Source: Bacteroidales bacterium
GTDB taxonomy: Bacteria; Bacteroidota; Bacteroidia; Bacteroidales; VadinHA17
Assembly (NCBI GenBank): GCA_046329875.1
Contig: JAXLTT010000001.1
Span: 205,619-269,618 of the forward strand
Reading direction: 5' to 3'
DNA length: 64,000 nucleotides
Below the pieces are notes generated by a model. It saw nothing but the letters and a program-made list of their open reading frames with translations. It was not told the DNA's origin and made no database searches. Shown here one piece after another: positions 55,325 to 64,000 of this stretch; position 1 is the stretch's first letter, and every line of letters starts with the position of its first letter. The translations under genes were made by a program, and so were the position numbers.

Positions 55325-56419
55325 ATGAAAAAATTCAATCTGATCCTGACTGCAATTTCAGCAGTTCTTATCCTTATCATGGGCTGCAGAAAGACGCCCG
55401 ATTTTACAATGCAAGACTTAACTTTTTCAATTCCTGAGAACAGCATCAGTGGAACTATTCTTGGTAAAATCAGTACTGATTACCTGCCAAATGACGCAGT
55501 TACCGATTTTACGATCCTCAGCGGAAACACCAACGATGCATTCAGGATAGATTCAGCAGGCAATGTAATTGTAAGCAATAGCCTCGCCCTTGACTATGAG
55601 AGCATAACCAGATTTACTTTGCCAGTTAAAGCCATAACACAAACTGGTAAGAGTGCAACTTTCACCCTGACTGTTAATGTAAGCGACGTTGTTCCTCCTT
55701 CCAACGGGTTGATATTGTATCTGCCATTTGATGGAAACCTTACAGACTACAGCGATTCAAGCAATAACGGAATCGATTTTGGCAGCAGCGGCTACGGAGC
55801 AGGTAAATGGGGACAGGCAATGATATTTGACGGAAAGAACGATTATGTAATGTTAAATCATACCCTGCCTTCTTCTGCCGGGCTTAGCTTTTCATTCTGG
55901 ATAAAATCAGAGGGTGCCAACGGAAGTGAAAACAATGGTGCAATAATCTCCAAGTACAGTATGAGTGGTTATGGCAGGAACATACTAATAGGATCATTCG
56001 GGAGCGGAACAGCTAATACTGATAACAGGCTCTGGGTTTCGTTCTACCCATATGGCAATTCATCAGCTGAACATGATATGACGAAATCCTATCTCACTGT
56101 GGAAGAACTTTCGGTTTACCCGAATGTAAATCTCTGGACAATCACTAATCCGACAAGGCTGACACTTTCGACATGGACACATTGTATAGTAAACATGACA
56201 AACACTTCACTTGAGATTTACCTGGACGGGGTTCTTTGTACTAAGAAAACAAGGGAGTATTCTTCTTATAACAATACATTAGAATCAACCTTTATTGGTA
56301 ATAACCTGTGGGGAGGTGATGGGACAAACAATCATTTTCATGGCATGCTGGATGAACTGAGGGTATACAACCGAAGCCTTTCGGCAGAAGAGATTAAAAC
56401 CTTGTACACAGAAAAATAA
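55325..56419 (+). CDS. Lipoprotein with a cadherin-like domain and a LamG / concanavalin-A-like lectin domain
   Basis: 364 aa with the lipobox IMGC, a cadherin-like segment (FSIPENSISGTILGKI...FRIDSAGNVIV) and a Laminin_G_3-like end (LDELRVYNRSLSAEEIKTLY). Confidence 0.78.
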   Translation: MKKFNLILTAISAVLILIMGCRKTPDFTMQDLTFSIPENSISGTILGKISTDYLPNDAVTDFTILSGNTNDAFRIDSAGNVIVSNSLALDYESITRFTLPVKAITQTGKSATFTLTVNVSDVVPPSNGLILYLPFDGNLTDYSDSSNNGIDFGSSGYGAGKWGQAMIFDGKNDYVMLNHTLPSSAGLSFSFWIKSEGANGSENNGAIISKYSMSGYGRNILIGSFGSGTANTDNRLWVSFYPYGNSSAEHDMTKSYLTVEELSVYPNVNLWTITNPTRLTLSTWTHCIVNMTNTSLEIYLDGVLCTKKTREYSSYNNTLESTFIGNNLWGGDGTNNHFHGMLDELRVYNRSLSAEEIKTLYTEK

Positions 56420-56452
56420 TATCATTTTAATAACATTAAATCATTCTGTTTT

Positions 56453-57673
56453 ATGCGTCGCACTTTTATCCTACTGTTTTTACAATTTTTACTTATTTCA
56501 TCATTAAACAGCCAGCCATCTGTAACCTGGGCAAAGCAATACAGTTTTCCTGGTGAAGAGTACGTTATGAATCATATTCTTTTGAAAAATGGAGAATTAT
56601 GTATTGCTGGTAAAACCAGCGGTGATGTTGCAGGAATTAACGCAGGCAAAAATGACGGCTTTCTCATCAAGCTGAATGTCAATGGTGAAATTGTCTGGAA
56701 GAAACAGTTTGGATCAGAGAAGGATGAAGATATTCTATGGAGCACAATTGACCCTGATGGAAATATACTTATAACAGGATCCACAACCGGAAGCCTCGCA
56801 GGTAATAACGCCGGAAAGGAAGATATTTTCGTAGTGAAATATAATAACGATGGTGACCTGGTCTGGAAAAAGCAGTATGGGTCAGACAGTACTGATATTG
56901 CAAGAGGGATATGCACGGATAAAAAAGGTAATATTTACCTCGCCGGAACAACAACCGGGCTTCTTGGTAAAAAAGCAAATGGGAAATCCGATTGTTTCGT
57001 TATTGGCCTTGATTCGAGGGGAAACAAACTATTTGTTACACAGTTCGGGACAACCGAGGATGATGGTTCCGTTTCTGTAATCAGCTCCGGAAGAAAGATA
57101 TACACTTCAGGAACCACGTTCGGAAAGCTTGGGGATAACAACCATGGATTTATCGACTTGTTTCTGGCCTGTCTTGATGAAAATGGAACAATAATTAAAA
57201 TTACCCAGGAAGGCAGTGAAGGTTTTGACATGCCAATGGACCTGGCAGCTGATAATATGGGAAATTTCTATGTTTGCGGTTCAACTTCCGGAAACCTCGG
57301 AGGCAATCAGGCAGGTGAAGGGGATTGCTTCCTCCTTAAGTTTGATGAGAATGGCAAAAAAACCTGGGCTGATCAATGGGGTACAGCATCTCATGACGGG
57401 GCAAGATGCATATCTTTTTCAAAGAACGGCGAGATACTTGTGAGTGGACTAGTACATCTTCCACCCGCTGATGCATTTATAAGGTGCTACGGAAAAAACA
57501 TGGAACACAAATGGGAAAAATCAATCATTGGAAATAATAATGACCTTAATGCCTCAGGCAAATCGGTATCTTCCGGAAGTGATGGAAGTGTAGTTCATGT
57601 TGGTCTTACATCTTCGTCACTCTATGGTAAGCTTAATGGAGTATCTGATTTCTATGTAATAAAACTGAAATAA
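56453..57673 (+). CDS. SBBP-repeat beta-propeller protein (secreted)
   Basis: 406 aa with a signal peptide and recurring G.T.G.L.G...G..D.F..K......W..Q.G repeats. Confidence 0.78.
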   Translation: MRRTFILLFLQFLLISSLNSQPSVTWAKQYSFPGEEYVMNHILLKNGELCIAGKTSGDVAGINAGKNDGFLIKLNVNGEIVWKKQFGSEKDEDILWSTIDPDGNILITGSTTGSLAGNNAGKEDIFVVKYNNDGDLVWKKQYGSDSTDIARGICTDKKGNIYLAGTTTGLLGKKANGKSDCFVIGLDSRGNKLFVTQFGTTEDDGSVSVISSGRKIYTSGTTFGKLGDNNHGFIDLFLACLDENGTIIKITQEGSEGFDMPMDLAADNMGNFYVCGSTSGNLGGNQAGEGDCFLLKFDENGKKTWADQWGTASHDGARCISFSKNGEILVSGLVHLPPADAFIRCYGKNMEHKWEKSIIGNNNDLNASGKSVSSGSDGSVVHVGLTSSSLYGKLNGVSDFYVIKLK

Positions 57674-57684
57674 AACCAGCATTC

Positions 57685-57972
57685 ATGAAATATTATTTTG
57701 TTACCCAGATAAGGATCGACGATAATAAAGAATATGAGAAATACCTTGAAGGTTTCGACAGTGCCTTTGAAGGGCATAATGGCAGGTTCCTTGCAATAGA
57801 CGAAAACCCGGAGGTACTTGAAGGAAAATGGGATTACACAAAATCAGTGATAATTTCATTCAATTCAAAAAAAGAGTTCGAATCGTGGTACTATTCAGAT
57901 GATTATCAGAAGATTCTGAAGCACAGGCTGAAAGCAGCAAAATGTGATACCTTGCTTGTAAAGGGTCTTTAA
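57685..57972 (+). CDS. DUF1330 domain-containing protein
   Basis: 95 aa. The length and the Y..Y......F...GG/GRFLA pattern fit DUF1330, recalled from memory. Confidence 0.65.
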   Translation: MKYYFVTQIRIDDNKEYEKYLEGFDSAFEGHNGRFLAIDENPEVLEGKWDYTKSVIISFNSKKEFESWYYSDDYQKILKHRLKAAKCDTLLVKGL

Positions 57973-58051
57973 ACAGACTTTTTCTCTATTTACTGGTCTT
58001 CCTTTGATATTTTATATTAATTTCGGGTTTATTGGGGTTTAAAGGGACAAA

Positions 58052-58375
58052 ATGAATATAAAATATAAGAAAAGTCTTGCCATCACAGGCATAGTGATAG
58101 GATTTGTACCAATCCTGTATTACATACTATGGATATACATCTCCGGTAATAATTCCGATCATACTGAAAGTGTCGTCCAGTTCACAAAATTCCTGCCTCA
58201 GCTTTTCCAGGATATGAGGGTTGCGACCATCCTTTTCATAGTTCTCTGCCTAATGTCAATTTCCCTTACAGTATCAGGACTTAAGCTGCCAAACAGGATA
58301 TTCAGATTCAGTTGCCTTGTAATGATAACCACATGCAGCGCACTAATGGTTCTTCTTGCTTTTTCTCTTCTATAG
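58052..58375 (+). CDS. Hypothetical small membrane protein
   Basis: 107 aa with three hydrophobic helices. Confidence 0.5.
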   Translation: MNIKYKKSLAITGIVIGFVPILYYILWIYISGNNSDHTESVVQFTKFLPQLFQDMRVATILFIVLCLMSISLTVSGLKLPNRIFRFSCLVMITTCSALMVLLAFSLL

Positions 58376-58494
58376 GAAATTCCTAAGCCTCTGTCACTTT
58401 TTCCATGAGGAGGGACTTGTATTTAACTCCCCTTTAATCTAACTTTGAAACAGGTACTGCGTTCCTGGTTGTAAAACTTATCATCCTTTGACAC

Positions 58495-59913
58495 ATGAAA
58501 AGGTTGATCTTTATATTCCTGTCAGCCTCCTTCTGTCTGGCAGCTAATTCACAGAGCCCATACGGCAACCCTGTCTCGCAACTTACTATTACTTACAATA
58601 CGTTTGGTGATTCAACAATTACACAAAGGGAATCATTGAGCTATGACGAGGAGGGCAACCTGAAATCAAATGTAGCATATGTCTGGAATGCAGCTGATAA
58701 AAAGTGGATCGGCTCATCAAGGTATGAAAGTCAGAAGGATCAATCGAAAAATGAAACAACATCCATTCAATATTACTGGGACAATGACAGCAGTATATGG
58801 GTAGCATCTTCAAAATCAATCACAAAGGTAAACGCTGCAGGTAAGACGCTCTCATATTCTTACTGGTACTGGGACAGGCCAAATCGTCAATGGTATGGTT
58901 CTAACAGGAGTGATTTTGTGTGGAACCAGGGTGGTAAATTAGAAATGCAAACGTACTCGAGCTGGTCATTTGAAAGTAAAGGCTTTGTCCCGTATTACAG
59001 GGTCTCATTCCTATATGACAAGGACTGGAACGAAATACTGAACATGTCATACACTTACACCAAATCCTCCGGCTGGAACCTCACAGGAAAAACTGTTTCA
59101 ACTTATACAAGCAGGAAAATTCAGAACATAACAGTTTACAGTTACCTGGCTCAATATGACAGTTTCGCAGTATATTCAGTACAATACTTCAATTATGACC
59201 TGGCAGGCAGGCTGCTGACTTCACAGAACCTCCAGGGACTAGGCTATTATGGACCCGGCATCTACTCTAATAAATCAGATATGATTTATGATAGCCATGG
59301 TAATTTAAAAGAACAGGCTAACTACAGCTATAGCACTGATAGTCTGAAATACCTGAAAAATGACAGATCAGTCCAGGTAATTAATGATAAAGGTCTGACA
59401 ACATACTACGCATATTATTATGGCTATAATCTTCCTGACTGGTGGCTTGCTTATGAATCCGAAATCACACTGGGAACTGATGGAAAACCGATTCAGAGCA
59501 TGTGGAAAAGTTATGAATGGGGAACCTCAAATATTCAGTATAATTCCCGTGAAGATATGTTCTATGATAAAAACGGGAACAAAACAGAATCTGTTTACTG
59601 GACAAAAAGTTACAATGATGAAGTCTGGTTTAAAAGCAACAGGATATTATATGAGTTTGAATACAGGGTGACCGACGTTTACCTGCCTGAGATTACTGTC
59701 TTTCCAAATCCATTTTCAGATGTCCTTTATATCGGTCTGCCAGAAGATATAAACCAGGTTACCAGGGATATTTACGACATGAACGGGAAAAAGGTCTATA
59801 CGTCTTCCTCTGAATCAGCAAACCTGTCTGCTTTACCCAGGGGAATATACTGGCTGGTGGTTAAAGATAAAAACGGCGCCACATTAAAAAGGACAAAAAT
59901 CGTTAAGATATGA
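58495..59913 (+). CDS. Secreted repeat protein with a T9SS C-terminal sorting domain
   Basis: 472 aa with a signal peptide, YD-like repeats (YDEEGNLKS, YDSHGNLKE, YDKNGNKTE), and a C-terminal VFPNPFSD...GIYWLVVKD...KIVKI. Confidence 0.82.
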   Translation: MKRLIFIFLSASFCLAANSQSPYGNPVSQLTITYNTFGDSTITQRESLSYDEEGNLKSNVAYVWNAADKKWIGSSRYESQKDQSKNETTSIQYYWDNDSSIWVASSKSITKVNAAGKTLSYSYWYWDRPNRQWYGSNRSDFVWNQGGKLEMQTYSSWSFESKGFVPYYRVSFLYDKDWNEILNMSYTYTKSSGWNLTGKTVSTYTSRKIQNITVYSYLAQYDSFAVYSVQYFNYDLAGRLLTSQNLQGLGYYGPGIYSNKSDMIYDSHGNLKEQANYSYSTDSLKYLKNDRSVQVINDKGLTTYYAYYYGYNLPDWWLAYESEITLGTDGKPIQSMWKSYEWGTSNIQYNSREDMFYDKNGNKTESVYWTKSYNDEVWFKSNRILYEFEYRVTDVYLPEITVFPNPFSDVLYIGLPEDINQVTRDIYDMNGKKVYTSSSESANLSALPRGIYWLVVKDKNGATLKRTKIVKI

Positions 59914-59982
59914 GAAACAGGAAGAAAATTCCTGGCCTGTATTATCTGAATGGGAACTGACATATCGAGAAAAACCTGAACA

Positions 59983-60387
59983 ATGAATACAAACGATGTA
60001 CTGACAAAAACCGGAAATGTCATAAGGAAAATCTGCCTGAAACTCGAGTTGCTCTTCCTGGCAGTGCTTATAGCTTCCCTTATTCTCGAATTAATCGGGA
60101 TCAGGAATTCGGGCATGATAGCCATAATATGTTATGTATCTGTGGCATTGATCTATTTTCTAAGTGCATTTTCTGACAATTACGAGAATGACCCGGAAGC
60201 CATCGACAGGTTTTTCATAAAGCTATTCGAATTGTCAAGTTCGGTTACCTGCCTTGGCATCCTTTTCCGGCTTCATAACTGGCCAAATAATATAAGTTTC
60301 TTGCCAATCGGGATTATTTCACTTTATAGTCAGTGCCAGCCTGAGATACTTGTAGCGAAACAGGGATACAGTCGGCACAACCGATGA
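59983..60387 (+). CDS. Hypothetical membrane protein
   Basis: 134 aa with three to four hydrophobic helices. The C-terminal roughly 25 aa look atypical. Confidence 0.45.
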   Translation: MNTNDVLTKTGNVIRKICLKLELLFLAVLIASLILELIGIRNSGMIAIICYVSVALIYFLSAFSDNYENDPEAIDRFFIKLFELSSSVTCLGILFRLHNWPNNISFLPIGIISLYSQCQPEILVAKQGYSRHNR

Positions 60388-61154
60388 GAATAATATGATA
60401 TACAGAACTATTGCCCTCCTTGACTCACACGGCAGATTCTATTTCTTCAACGCTCGCGTTAGCTAACTTCAGGAACTCATTTATAAACGATCTTCAAAAG
60501 CTAAATTTTCAATGGATACAAATCTTATTGCCTTTAGTAAATAAAAATCTGAAAAACAGAAACAAATGAACTTACCTCTCAGGAAACTTGAAATGAGGAT
60601 CATTACAATACCTAAAACAGCCAGGACAGGAATGCCAGGATGATACCGGGCACCTGATAGATTCTTAAGTGTCAAACAATATACACAGGGTTGTACACCT
60701 TCAATACCGTGAATCGCCGGTGGATTTTCCCACCATGCGACCCTTTGGTATTAACGACAGGTGGATTGCCATTCAAACTACAAGGAAGAAGACTGGCAGG
60801 AAATGATCTCCCTCTGAAAAGCCTGAACCTTCATCTGCGTATGTTATAAGGAGCATTGATGAGTTGCCTGAAAGGAATGGATAGCCGGACCGGGAAGACG
60901 GATTACACTTGAAAAGATGATAAATGATTACATGCCTCATTTCAGGCTTCATATCGGCGAGATAATTGATCTTACAACGTTTAAGCAAAATCGCCAAAAG
61001 AATAAGACTGGAAAAACAATTCAAACAATTAATTAAACAATGAAGAGAAAAAGCCTCTATATCCTTACATTGTTTTCGTTACAGATTTCAAAACAGCCAG
61101 GAGTTTGATCTGAATCCGGAAAAATTTAAAACTCTCCCGGGTGATACAAGTACT

Positions 61155-63014
61155 ATGTATTATAAAGAAGTATGGCTGGTCTCGAAGGACATTAACAGAA
61201 ATGATGCAGGCGGCTTTGCAAGGCGGGCTTATGATAAAGCAAGAAAAGGTCTGTACATCGAAGCCCTGTCTGACATTGACAGGTCTGTAGCAATAGATTC
61301 CACTAACGCGATTCTCCACTCACTAAGAGGATATATATTCTTAAGGATGAGGTCTTTCGATAATGCGATAGCCAGCTTCAGAAAAGCAACAAGTCTGAAT
61401 GACACAAGCTGCTATACTTATTATTATGAAGCTGCAGCATTTATCGAACTACGTATGATTAAGGAAGCTGACTCACTGCTCACCAGGTCAATCTTAATCG
61501 ACAATAAGTTTGCCGACGGGTATTTTTTGCTGGGAAATCTATATTTCTCAACCATGAACCCAGATAAGGCAGAAATCAATTATAAAAAGACCACGGATCT
61601 AGATCCGCACTTTGCGCCGGCATATTTCAATCTTGCATTGATACATATAAGAAAAGATCCACAGAAATCACTAAAATACCTCTCAGATTGCATTAAGGAA
61701 GATCCGGGCTTCATGCAGGCTTACCTGTTGAGGGCATCTATATACATCAGCCAGGGTAAAAATAATATAGGACTTGAAAATTTAGAAAAAGCCATTGAGC
61801 TGGCACCTGACAATCTCCAGTTAAAAATATTCAAAACGCTTTCACTTATTCATATATCAAAATTTGATGAAGCTTACAGAAATACGCTGGAGGCGTTTGA
61901 CCTGTCAAGGGACAGGACAAAACTTGCTTCATTCATAAATAGAAACTCCAATGACCGCCTTAACATTTTTCTTCTCCAGATAGAGGCTATGCATCAGTTT
62001 GAGAACAGGTTAACCCCTTCAATGAAGAGAGAACTCCTCTTTGCAATAGGAAGCTACGGAGTTAGCGGTTTCTTTCCTGTCAACTCAATGGATCACCTTC
62101 TGAACTCTCAGGATATCCGTGGGCTTGTTTATTATATTCTTGGATCCCAGTCTGAATCAGTTTTTTCAATGGATGATGCGCAGCAGTATTATTCACTTGC
62201 CCTGCAGCAAAAAGAGTTTCCTTTTGATGTATATTTCAGGTTGGCAAAAAGTTACTTCAATAATGGTAAATACTATTATGCAGGCAAGAACCTCGAAGTA
62301 TATATGAACAAAGAAAATGACAATAGAGAGGCCTACCTCATAAGAGGTAAACTGAATGTAAGAGCTATTAAGTACCTCGACGCAATTGCAGATTTCTCAA
62401 AATGTATAGCACTGGATTCTTCACGTGTTGAACCCTTTTACCTCAGGGCCGATTGCTACTGGCAACTTGAGAAGTACGACAAAGCAGTTTCCGACCTTAA
62501 TTATATCCTGCTTAATGATCCCTTCAATATGGAATCAATTTGCCTTTTAGCAGACTGCCGATTCCAGAGCGGCGATACAACGGCCGCATACAGGATTCTG
62601 AATGAAAGTGCCGGAAAATATGGAAGGCTCAATGAAAAGGGTAATTTGCTGCGTGGTACAATCAACCTTTGCTACAAGAACTATGACTTCGCAATAAGGG
62701 ATTTCAACAACATCCTGAAGTTTAACAGTTATAACGCCGAGGCTTTTGTATACAGGGGACTTGCTTATTATTGCAAAGAACATTTTGAAGAAGCAATAGC
62801 AGATTTCACATCAGCAATCAGGCTCGACAGCAAAAACATAACAGCACTATATACAAGAGGTATGGCCTATATCAAGACAAACAAACCAGGCGAAGCTTAT
62901 AAAGATCTCAGGGATGCTGAGAGTCTTGGTCATCCTCTTGCAAAAAGAGCCATACTAATATATTTGCGCTCGTATGTTGGCAGTAAGGAGCAGTCCGACC
63001 CCGTCAAAAACTGA
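61155..63014 (+). CDS. TPR-repeat protein (the 5' end may start at 61040 in another frame)
   Basis: 619 aa with many TPR units. The same frame is open upstream to a stop at 61041-61043. A signal-peptide-like ORF (MKRKSLYILTLFSLQISKQ) starts at 61040 in a neighbouring frame. Confidence 0.8.
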   Translation: MYYKEVWLVSKDINRNDAGGFARRAYDKARKGLYIEALSDIDRSVAIDSTNAILHSLRGYIFLRMRSFDNAIASFRKATSLNDTSCYTYYYEAAAFIELRMIKEADSLLTRSILIDNKFADGYFLLGNLYFSTMNPDKAEINYKKTTDLDPHFAPAYFNLALIHIRKDPQKSLKYLSDCIKEDPGFMQAYLLRASIYISQGKNNIGLENLEKAIELAPDNLQLKIFKTLSLIHISKFDEAYRNTLEAFDLSRDRTKLASFINRNSNDRLNIFLLQIEAMHQFENRLTPSMKRELLFAIGSYGVSGFFPVNSMDHLLNSQDIRGLVYYILGSQSESVFSMDDAQQYYSLALQQKEFPFDVYFRLAKSYFNNGKYYYAGKNLEVYMNKENDNREAYLIRGKLNVRAIKYLDAIADFSKCIALDSSRVEPFYLRADCYWQLEKYDKAVSDLNYILLNDPFNMESICLLADCRFQSGDTTAAYRILNESAGKYGRLNEKGNLLRGTINLCYKNYDFAIRDFNNILKFNSYNAEAFVYRGLAYYCKEHFEEAIADFTSAIRLDSKNITALYTRGMAYIKTNKPGEAYKDLRDAESLGHPLAKRAILIYLRSYVGSKEQSDPVKN

Positions 63015-63190
63015 TCCTCCGCATAGATAAGCTGAAACTACTTATATAGCTTAATAAATTAAAAAAGTGTTCAAATGTTCTTCGTGTAACCTTTGTGCCT
63101 CTGTTCCTTTGTGGCAGTTCATTTTGCCGCTAAGACTCCAAGACACCAGAACCCACAAAGGCTCCCAAAAATCATCTGGAATAGATCATT

Positions 63191-64000
63191 TTACCTGCAC
63201 CGGTAATTGTACTGTGTTGTTGTAGTACAACCATCGCAAGAGCTTGAGGTAAAATCCTCAACTATTACATCTCCGTCCGAATTATATGTATATGTATAGT
63301 CGTTTATCCAGCTCGAGCCACCGGAGGCAAAGACGATCTTTGAGGGTAGCTTCCTTGTTGTGGGAAACAGGAACTGGTAGCTGCCCATAAACTTATCCAT
63401 TGCAGTGAACTTGGCTATATGGAATGATGTATTGGTTATTGAAGTGTTTGAATATGTAATGTCCATGCTGAAATTTATACTCCCATTGGGATTGTAATTT
63501 CTGAATGTTTTAAGATTCTGATTATCATCGTACTGGTAAGTGGAAAAGTTAAGCATTGCGGCAGAACCCTTCTGAAGGTTGTTTGCATCCCATGTGGTAT
63601 CACTTGAAATATACCCATTGTTGTCCAGCACATAACTCCTGGTATTGTTTAATACATAGCCATTAGCGGAGCTTGTGAATAGTCTTTGCTTTACCCTGGA
63701 ATTAACCGTGTAATCGAAGGCAAGTGAATCCCACACCCCTGTTTCAAGATGAAGGTTTACAGACGACAGGTAACCATTTATATTATAAAAAAGGTCATAC
63801 TGGTTAAGTGTAAGGATATTCGCTGAATCGGAATAATCAGATATTCCTATGAGCATCTTTCCCGGGGAATAGGTCATCACAATCTTTCGCTCATTTCTTA
63901 TAACTGATGTAATAAGGCAGGTCTGCGTGTTGTTTGCATCCTTGAAGCAAGTTGGGAATAAAATTGCTATTGCTATAATGATTATCGTAAGCCTGATTGA
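63191..64000 (-). CDS. Hypothetical lipoprotein with YD-like repeats (5' end outside the window)
   Basis: The minus-strand frame stays open to base 64000 and encodes ...IRLTIIIIAIAILFPTCFKD, which is a signal peptide with a lipobox. The track's GTG start at 63880 is therefore internal. Confidence 0.7.
   Translation of the reverse strand, partial: SIRLTIIIIAIAILFPTCFKDANNTQTCLITSVIRNERKIVMTYSPGKMLIGISDYSDSANILTLNQYDLFYNINGYLSSVNLHLETGVWDSLAFDYTVNSRVKQRLFTSSANGYVLNNTRSYVLDNNGYISSDTTWDANNLQKGSAAMLNFSTYQYDDNQNLKTFRNYNPNGSINFSMDITYSNTSITNTSFHIAKFTAMDKFMGSYQFLFPTTRKLPSKIVFASGGSSWINDYTYTYNSDGDVIVEDFTSSSCDGCTTTTQYNYRCR

Noticed and set aside
1-64000. Mobile elements, prophage or defence islands
   Set aside because: I could recognise no transposase, integrase, recombinase, phage structural gene, restriction-modification gene, toxin-antitoxin pair or other defence signature in any frame.

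Overview
The window looks like chromosomal DNA from a Bacteroidota genome, probably a MAG or draft assembly. This placement is an inference from three things: T9SS C-terminal sorting domains, TAnnTTTG-type -7 promoter boxes close to start codons, and the DUF3822-rsmD and serC-serA-DUF1015 gene neighbourhoods. Most of it is densely packed housekeeping genes: rsmE, an ECF sigma factor, uvrA, yggS, serA/serC, gcvT, guaA, rnz, rpsA, ugd, rfbACD, a phospho-sugar mutase, a RecD-like helicase, rsmD and one tRNA-Asp. There is also a block of Tat-exported oxidoreductase and TIM-barrel genes, two CotH-family proteins, and an island of secreted, lipoprotein and T9SS proteins (52.7-59.9 kb). I found no rRNA, CRISPR array, transposase, integrase or recognisable defence system. 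Three observations stand out. (1) Two small four-helix-bundle genes of the 23S-rRNA-IVS-protein / Avd-like family are each tightly bracketed by inverted low-complexity tandem-repeat arms that could fold into a long stem around the whole ORF. The arms are 9-mers at 30.5-31.1 kb and heptamers plus a 63-bp direct repeat with an embedded palindrome at 52.0-52.7 kb. Solo heptamer arrays of the same CCTTYYR type and stacked perfect hairpins occur in other intergenic gaps. (2) A 2.2-kb tract (about 21015-23250) crosses four consecutive genes that can only be read by hopping between frames, although each frame segment stays close to family consensus. Isolated frameshifts also occur in an S41 peptidase and at the 5' end of a TPR gene. 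This looks more like a sequence-quality artefact or very recent decay than old pseudogenes. (3) Several gene-context hypotheses: an Hpt-STAS-flavin reductase operon next to an ABC fusion and a broken SiaB/SiaC-like pair, a ComB-like phosphatase and DUF1015 embedded in a gcvT-serC-serA operon, and a Tat-exported Gfo/Idh/MocA plus TIM-barrel set. All family assignments were made by eye from motifs and no searches were run.
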